The notes below the pieces were generated by a model. That model did not search any database, was not told the origin of the DNA, and was given only the letters and a program-made list of their open reading frames with translations. A program made the position numbers and the translations under genes. A DNA stretch of 64,000 nt from Octopus bimaculoides. Taxonomy: Eukaryota. Numbering within the stretch: the stretch's first letter is position 1; each line of letters opens with the position of its first letter. The stretch spans positions 37,284,901 through 37,348,900 of the forward strand of contig NC_068998.1 in assembly GCF_001194135.2 (NCBI RefSeq), given 5' to 3'. Shown one piece after another: positions 1 through 64,000 of the stretch.

Positions 1-1277
1 AGGAAGAGAGATGCTGATTCGCTGGTTTAAAGGCAACACACTCAGTCGCGTTAATAAAGAGATGTGGATTCGACTCCCACGCAGATAGGAAAGCCGTCTG
101 TTTTTCTGTGGAGGGCTTATATGCTCCTTTATTAGACTATTTTCCTTACTCAGTACATGGTGATCGCCTTAAGCTTATATAAAAATACCATATATATTGT
201 TATATTTCAAGATGGTCATTCTTTTTTTTTTTTTTTTTTTTTGCCAAATAAACACACTCACTATATATTCGTTCTTCGCTCATTAATTACTATTCTTATT
301 TCAACTCGTGTCCATTGTCCGGAAATCTTTCGTCACGCATCTGGGATCTCTTCAGCGACACTTTCCGTCCTCGTGTGTGCTCCTGCTCCGCTTAGTCCAT
401 GCGAATGGGTTGAGGTTCAGGGTAAAACGATTCTGCTACACAACGCCAAGGCAGCCTTTTCTGCTAATGCTGATGAGGATGATGAGGGTAATGGTGATGA
501 TGCTAGTGGTGGTGGTGGTGGTGGTGTTACTGATGATGATGATGTTGATGATAATGATGTCACCGTCACCATGAAGATGATATTCATGGTATTGACGGTA
601 ATGGCGATGGTGTTAATGCTGCTGCTGATGATGAAATAATGACGTTGATGGTAGTGCAGGTGGTGGTGGTGGTGAGCGCTGCTATTTGCGATGATGGTTA
701 TGTTGATAACGATGATGATATGTNNNNNNNNNNNNNNNNNNNNNNNNNNNNNNNNNNNNNNNNNNNNNNNNNNNNNNNNNNNNNNNNNNNNNNNNNNNNN
801 NNNNNNNNNNNNNNNNNNNNNNNNNNNNNNNNNNNNNNNNNNNNNNNNNNNNNNNNNNNNNNNNNNNNNNNNNNNNNNNNNNNNNNNNNNNNNNNNNNNN
901 NNNNNNNNNNNNNNNNNNNNNNNNNNNNNNNNNNNNNNNNNNNNNNNNNNNNNNNNNNNNNNNNNNNNNNNNNNNNNNNNNNNNNNNNNNNNNNNNNNNN
1001 NNNNNNNNNNNNNNNNNNNNNNNNNNNNNNNNNNNNNNNNGGTGAGCGCTGCTATTTGCGATGATGGTTATGTTGATAACGATGATGATATGTTGATGAT
1101 GATAATGATGATGATGATGATGAAGATCAGGAGGAGGAGGAGGATATTGGTGATGGTAGTAGTGAAGATGGTGGCTGGTTTTGGTGTTGATGGTGATGGT
1201 GATGACAACGACGATGATGATATCAATGTCTACATGATTATATGGATTTTATTTAATTTTGCTTTATTTCATTTCAG

Positions 1278-59301
<58,024 letters not shown>

Positions 59302-59499
59302 GTGAGTGGCTCAGACTTTGTTAAGTTTACATCTATCTACACCAGATCTCGCTAGGATTTCCACAATCACAAAAACATACACACAAACTCAAACACACAT
59401 ACATACATACATACATACATACATACATACACACATACATGCACACACATATATTATTTAAAGCAGTTTGATTCGGTTCCAAGCTACTTNNNNNNNNNN

Positions 59500-59559
<60 letters not shown>

Positions 59560-59793
59560 TGTATGTGTGTATCTATGTAGTATGTATAAATATACAGTCA
59601 GTAGTTGAGAGCTAGCTAAGCTATAGAAACAGATAGAAGTGCTCGAATGAATTTGAAGTTAATTACGGCTTCTTTACCCAAGCCAGGGTCCACAGCGTAG
59701 AGAATCCAAACAGTACTGATATGGGGGTGTCAATGCAGATAAACACAGGCTTGATACAAATATATGTGTGGGGGGTATGTATGTGTGTGTGTG

Positions 59794-59862
<69 letters not shown>

Positions 59863-59867
59863 TTATT

Positions 59868-60951
59868 TCCCGTTGGTGAAAAAGCTTTCATCCTGTTGGT
59901 CAAAAACTCTTCAACAGCCCATTTAACATCATCACTGCGACACCGATTCCGAACCAAGAGGTTTTTTCAGATGGGACGAAATCAGGAAAATAAGAAGAGT
60001 GATCAATCACTTCAACTCCGCAGCCTATGTGCAGCTTGCTTGAAACAAGACCCCTTACGTCAGTTTTCCTGGGTATTTGATCTTGACAGCTTTTCGTAAC
60101 TGCCTCTAACTGCCTCAGCAAGCTAGCCTAGTACTCTCCATTGATGGTGTGACCCTTATGAAGATATTCAATAAATACAATGCATTTTGCATCCTAAAAA
60201 CCTGAAGTCATCATCTTCCCTGCAGATGAAACGATTTTGGTTTTCTTTGGAAGGGTGAGGAGGTGTTTCCACTACATGGATTGTCTAATTGTCTCTGGCT
60301 CAAAGTGATGAACCCAACACTTAACCTGTCTTTGGAAACGCTCAAAGAATCTAACTGATTCTGCCTCAAGCAACGTCAGATTTTTCCGTTAAGTGATCAG
60401 CCTGATGCGCTATCGATCATATGTCAGAAAACGAGGCACCTACCAAACAAAAACAAAAAAACCTTTGTCATACCAACTTCGTTGTGCAGAATATTCTCAG
60501 CTCTCTCACGAGATGTGCCTATAGCATTCGTTATTTCATTTATTTCAATCGCCTATAATCCATCATCATGTGGTGAACACGATCAAAGTTTACGTTGGTG
60601 GTGGAAGTTGCAGGACGTCCAGGCCTTGAATCATCTTCAACACTCTCCCTTCACCTCCCATATTCAGCTGCCTCCTTTTGCACTGTTGGCAAAACTGGAG
60701 AGTTATCCCCTAATGTAGCAACCATGTCAGCATAAGTGTCGTTTGGGGTCGGACCTTTCTTCTGCAGGCACTTAATAACCCCACGATATCAAATTTTGTC
60801 TATTTTTCAAGAGAAGTTGCTACTAGTTACATTTGAAGTCTTCTTTGAACAGTTATAAATAAAAAGAGCTGAAATTAATGCATGCAAGAATTCACAACTC
60901 ATGTGTCACTCCTTCATAGACGGCCTATGAACTTTTCATCCGAACCTCGTA
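59868..60951 (-). mobile_element. Mariner element remnant (5' TIR plus decayed transposase; 3' end missing)
   Basis: Minus strand: TA + cgaggttcggatgaaaagttcatagg TIR-like start; YRGVIK.LQKKG, GRESVEDDSRPGRPATS, EVGMTK, VPRFLT, SAGKMM...DAKCIVFIEYLHKGHTINGEY, HSSYFPDFVPS, SDDVKWAVEEFL. Confidence 0.9.
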
Positions 60952-61401
60952 ATGCAATATTAAATGCAATACGTCTAAGAAAAATACGTGATGGTCATGG
61001 CTTGGATACATTTTATCAGAGAGGTATCAATCAGAGCCGAACCACAATTCCCTAAGTTGTCAATCACCATTTTGTATAAATATTAGCAATATTTATATCT
61101 ATAATACATTTAACGCTCTGTGCAACAAATTACGCAATTCCCACGAGATATCTAATGTAGATTCGACCGAAAGGAAGTATTGATATGTAACTAATGTAAA
61201 AAGATTGGGTTAATAGCCACGATAATCATGATAATGAATTCTAATAAAGACAATTTTTGCATAAGAGCATAAATTTGGTGTGGATGCACACGCATATGCC
61301 TAGCGAGTACGTGTGTGTGTGTGTGTGTGTGTATGTGTGTGTGTATATATGCATGTATACATATATATATGCATATATATATGTATATATATATATATAT
61401 A

Positions 61402-61466
<65 letters not shown>

Positions 61467-62613
61467 ATATATATGCATATATATACATACACACGCACAC
61501 ACACATACACACACATATATATAAATAATATGGGTGGCTAATTCGCAACTTCACAATCTATACACAGAAATATATACGTCACTAAAGTGACAAAGGGTTC
61601 TAATCAGCACCATTGTTGCTAGAAATAAGAGTCAAACCACAAAAGCAATATCTTCATGACGTATATATATTATGTATATACATATACATGCATACACACA
61701 CACACACGCACATAGATATATATATATAGACACATACATATATATATACATATATATATATACATATATATATATATANNNNNNNNNNNNNNNNNNNNNN
61801 NNNNNNNNNNNNNNNNNNNNNNNNNNNNNNNNNNNNNNNNNNNNNNNNNNNNNNNNNNNNNNNNNNNNNNNNNNNNNNNNNNNNNNNNNNNNNNNNNNNN
61901 NNNNNNNNNNNNNNNNNNNNNNNNNNNNNNNNNNNNNNNNNNNNNNNNNNNNNNNNNNNNNNNNNNNNNNNNNNNNNNNNNNNNNNNNNNNNNNNNNNNN
62001 NNNNNNNNNNNNNNNNNNNNNNNNNNNNNNNNNNNNNNNNNNNNNNNNNNNNNNNNNNNNNNNNNNNNNNNNNNNNNNNNNNNNNNNNNNNNNNNNNNNN
62101 NNNNNNNNNNNNNNNNNNNNNNNNNNNNNNNNNNNNNNNNNNNNNNNNNNNNNNNNNNNNNNNNNNNNNNNNNNNNNNNNNNNNNNNNNNNNNNNNNNNN
62201 NNNNNNNNNNNNNNNNNNNNNNNNNNNNNNNNNNNNNNNNNNNNNNNNNNNNNNNNNNNNNNNNNNNNNNNNNNNNNNNNNNNNNNNNNNNNNNNNNNNN
62301 NNNNNNNNNNNNNNNNNNNNNNNNNNNNNNNNNNNNNNNNNNNNNNNNNNNNNNNNNNNNNNNNNNNNNNNNNNNNNNNNNNNNNNNNNNNNNNNNNNNN
62401 NNNNNNNNNNNNNNNNNNNNNNNNNNNNNNNNNNNNNNNNNNNNNNNNNNNNNNNNNNNNNNNNNNNNNNNNNNNNNNNNNNNNNNNNNNNNNNNNNNNN
62501 NNNNNNNNNNNNNNNNNNNNNNNNNNNNNNNNNNNNNNNNNNNNNNNNNNNNNNNNNNNNNNNNNNNNNNNNNNNNNNNNNNNNNNNNNNNNNNNNNNNN
62601 NNNNNNNNNNNNN

Positions 62614-62649
<36 letters not shown>

Positions 62650-63201
62650 ATAGATAGATAGATTGATTGATGGATAGATATATGTGCATATGTTTGTATA
62701 TATATTTATATAACAACATCTCGACAGCAAAATAAACAATACAAGATAATTTGAATCTTATGTCGAAAATCTGCTCACAGTTATTATCCGATAGACAAAC
62801 GTGTGAGTGATGTCTTAGACTCGAGGATTATCAAATTGGTGGGATCAATTCTTCCATTTTAAAACAAATGTCTTTGAAATTAACCAAATTTCAGAATCAT
62901 CGGATATTTGAATATTTTTTTTAACATAAATCATTTGTACAAATATGCATCCAAATTCCACTGTAGTCACACAAGACCTATCCACGCCAAGTGGATTTCA
63001 TGAAACTTTGGCATTGATTCTTCATTACAATTAAGCTCCCAGGATCATATTGAAAATGTAATGAGAGAAGAATGTAGTTTATAGCACGCCAGACCGAATT
63101 TACACACACATACCCAAACATACAGACGCACGCACACACACACACATGCACGCACTCTCTCCTCCTCTCTCTCACTCTCTCTCTCTCTCTTTCTCTCTCT
63201 C

Positions 63202-63236
<35 letters not shown>

Positions 63237-63407
63237 CACACACCTCGTGTTCAATTATATTCCAGTGGTTTAGTAGAAATGTATTATCTTTTCATTACTC
63301 ATACTAAAATCCACGCCATTGCGTACATCCACAGCTCCGCAAACCAGCCAAACATTCGCATACACGCATCACACACACGCACACACAAACAAACACACAC
63401 ACACTAA

Positions 63408-63457
<50 letters not shown>

Positions 63458-63529
63458 ATAAATAGATAGATAGATGTCACGAAACAGGGAGATACAATTT
63501 CTTTTAGTATTAGTTATTCGCCATTGCAC

Positions 63530-63812
63530 TTGTCTTCTTTCAGTTACTAGACTGTGGCCATGCTTTAGCACCGCCTTGAAGAATATTTAGTTGAATGAAT
63601 CGACCTCAGTAGGGCCTGGTACTTAACTTATTCTATGAACACACTAACACCGGTTGACAAGTGGTGGTTAGGGAACAAACACACACAAAGACAAGCACAC
63701 AGATATATATATAGCCCTAGGCTATAGTAGAAGACACGTGTCCAAGTGGCCACTCAGTGAGACTGAACCCGGACCATATGGTTGCGAAGCAAACTACTTA
63801 CCACACAGTCAC
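63530..63812 (-). mobile_element. SINE family B (diverged)
   Basis: Tail tctttcagttactagactgtggccatgct...ccggttgacaagtgg...gggaacaaac and head gctatagtagaagacacgtgtccaag...gactgaacccgg...cttaccacacag. Confidence 0.8.
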
Positions 63813-64000
63813 GAATTAAGAGAACTCAGTGTGACCAATAGCATGTATTTAATCAACATAGACAAATACAGGTATATCAAATACCATGCGACATAAATTC
63901 TTGGTTTATTAAAATTGTCTTTGCCTCCATATGATGACGTATTTACTAAATGTCAATTAAGACCATTGCACATATTTCTCTGCACATATATATATATATA

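Noticed and set aside
316-360. Minus-strand ugucg CUGAAGA gaucccagaugcgugac GAAA gauu UC cggaca hammerhead-like string
   Set aside because: Core and stem I are suggestive but stem II barely pairs, so it is not counted; worth including in a motif scan.
671-1093. 53-bp direct repeat on both sides of an N-gap (671-723 and 1041-1093); similar case at about 45905-46035
   Set aside because: Identical sequence flanking a gap is most likely unmerged contig overlap, not a biological repeat.
60226-60254. AG...GT-bounded 29-nt candidate exon (MKRFWFSLE)
   Set aside because: It lies antisense within the mariner transposase, shifts the frame and has no ADCY similarity.
62781-62802. Candidate next exon (cacag|LLSDRQT|gtgagt)
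   Set aside because: Weak polypyrimidine tract, only 22 nt and no recognisable ADCY similarity; the true next exon is probably beyond the window or in a gap.

Overview
This is AT-rich eukaryotic intronic DNA with very dense microsatellites and about 17 N-gaps. The repeat families and assembly style are most consistent with an octopus/coleoid cephalopod draft genome (inferred, not proven). The whole window lies inside one + strand gene, a transmembrane (class III) adenylyl cyclase. Seven short internal exons (1278-1419, 17638-17811, 42958-42998, 48307-48454, 50103-50200, 50892-50976, 59206-59301) have canonical AG/GT sites and compatible phases. They splice into 261 uninterrupted codons covering the end of catalytic C1a, the C1b linker and the first helices of the second membrane cluster. 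The introns carry several tRNA-derived SINE families, decayed LINE fragments (L1/Tx1, R4/Dong-like, CRE-like, Penelope-like), mariner remnants, a hAT MITE with a perfect 8-bp TSD and a TTAA-flanked piggyBac-like MITE. The least expected signal is a set of minimal hammerhead-ribozyme-like motifs (CUGANGA-stem II-GAAA-short palindrome), two of them inside long fold-back elements, one of which ends about 75 bp before an exon. Nearly all ORFs in the supplied track are microsatellite or N-gap artefacts. I found no prokaryotic features, CRISPR arrays, rRNA or intact tRNA genes.
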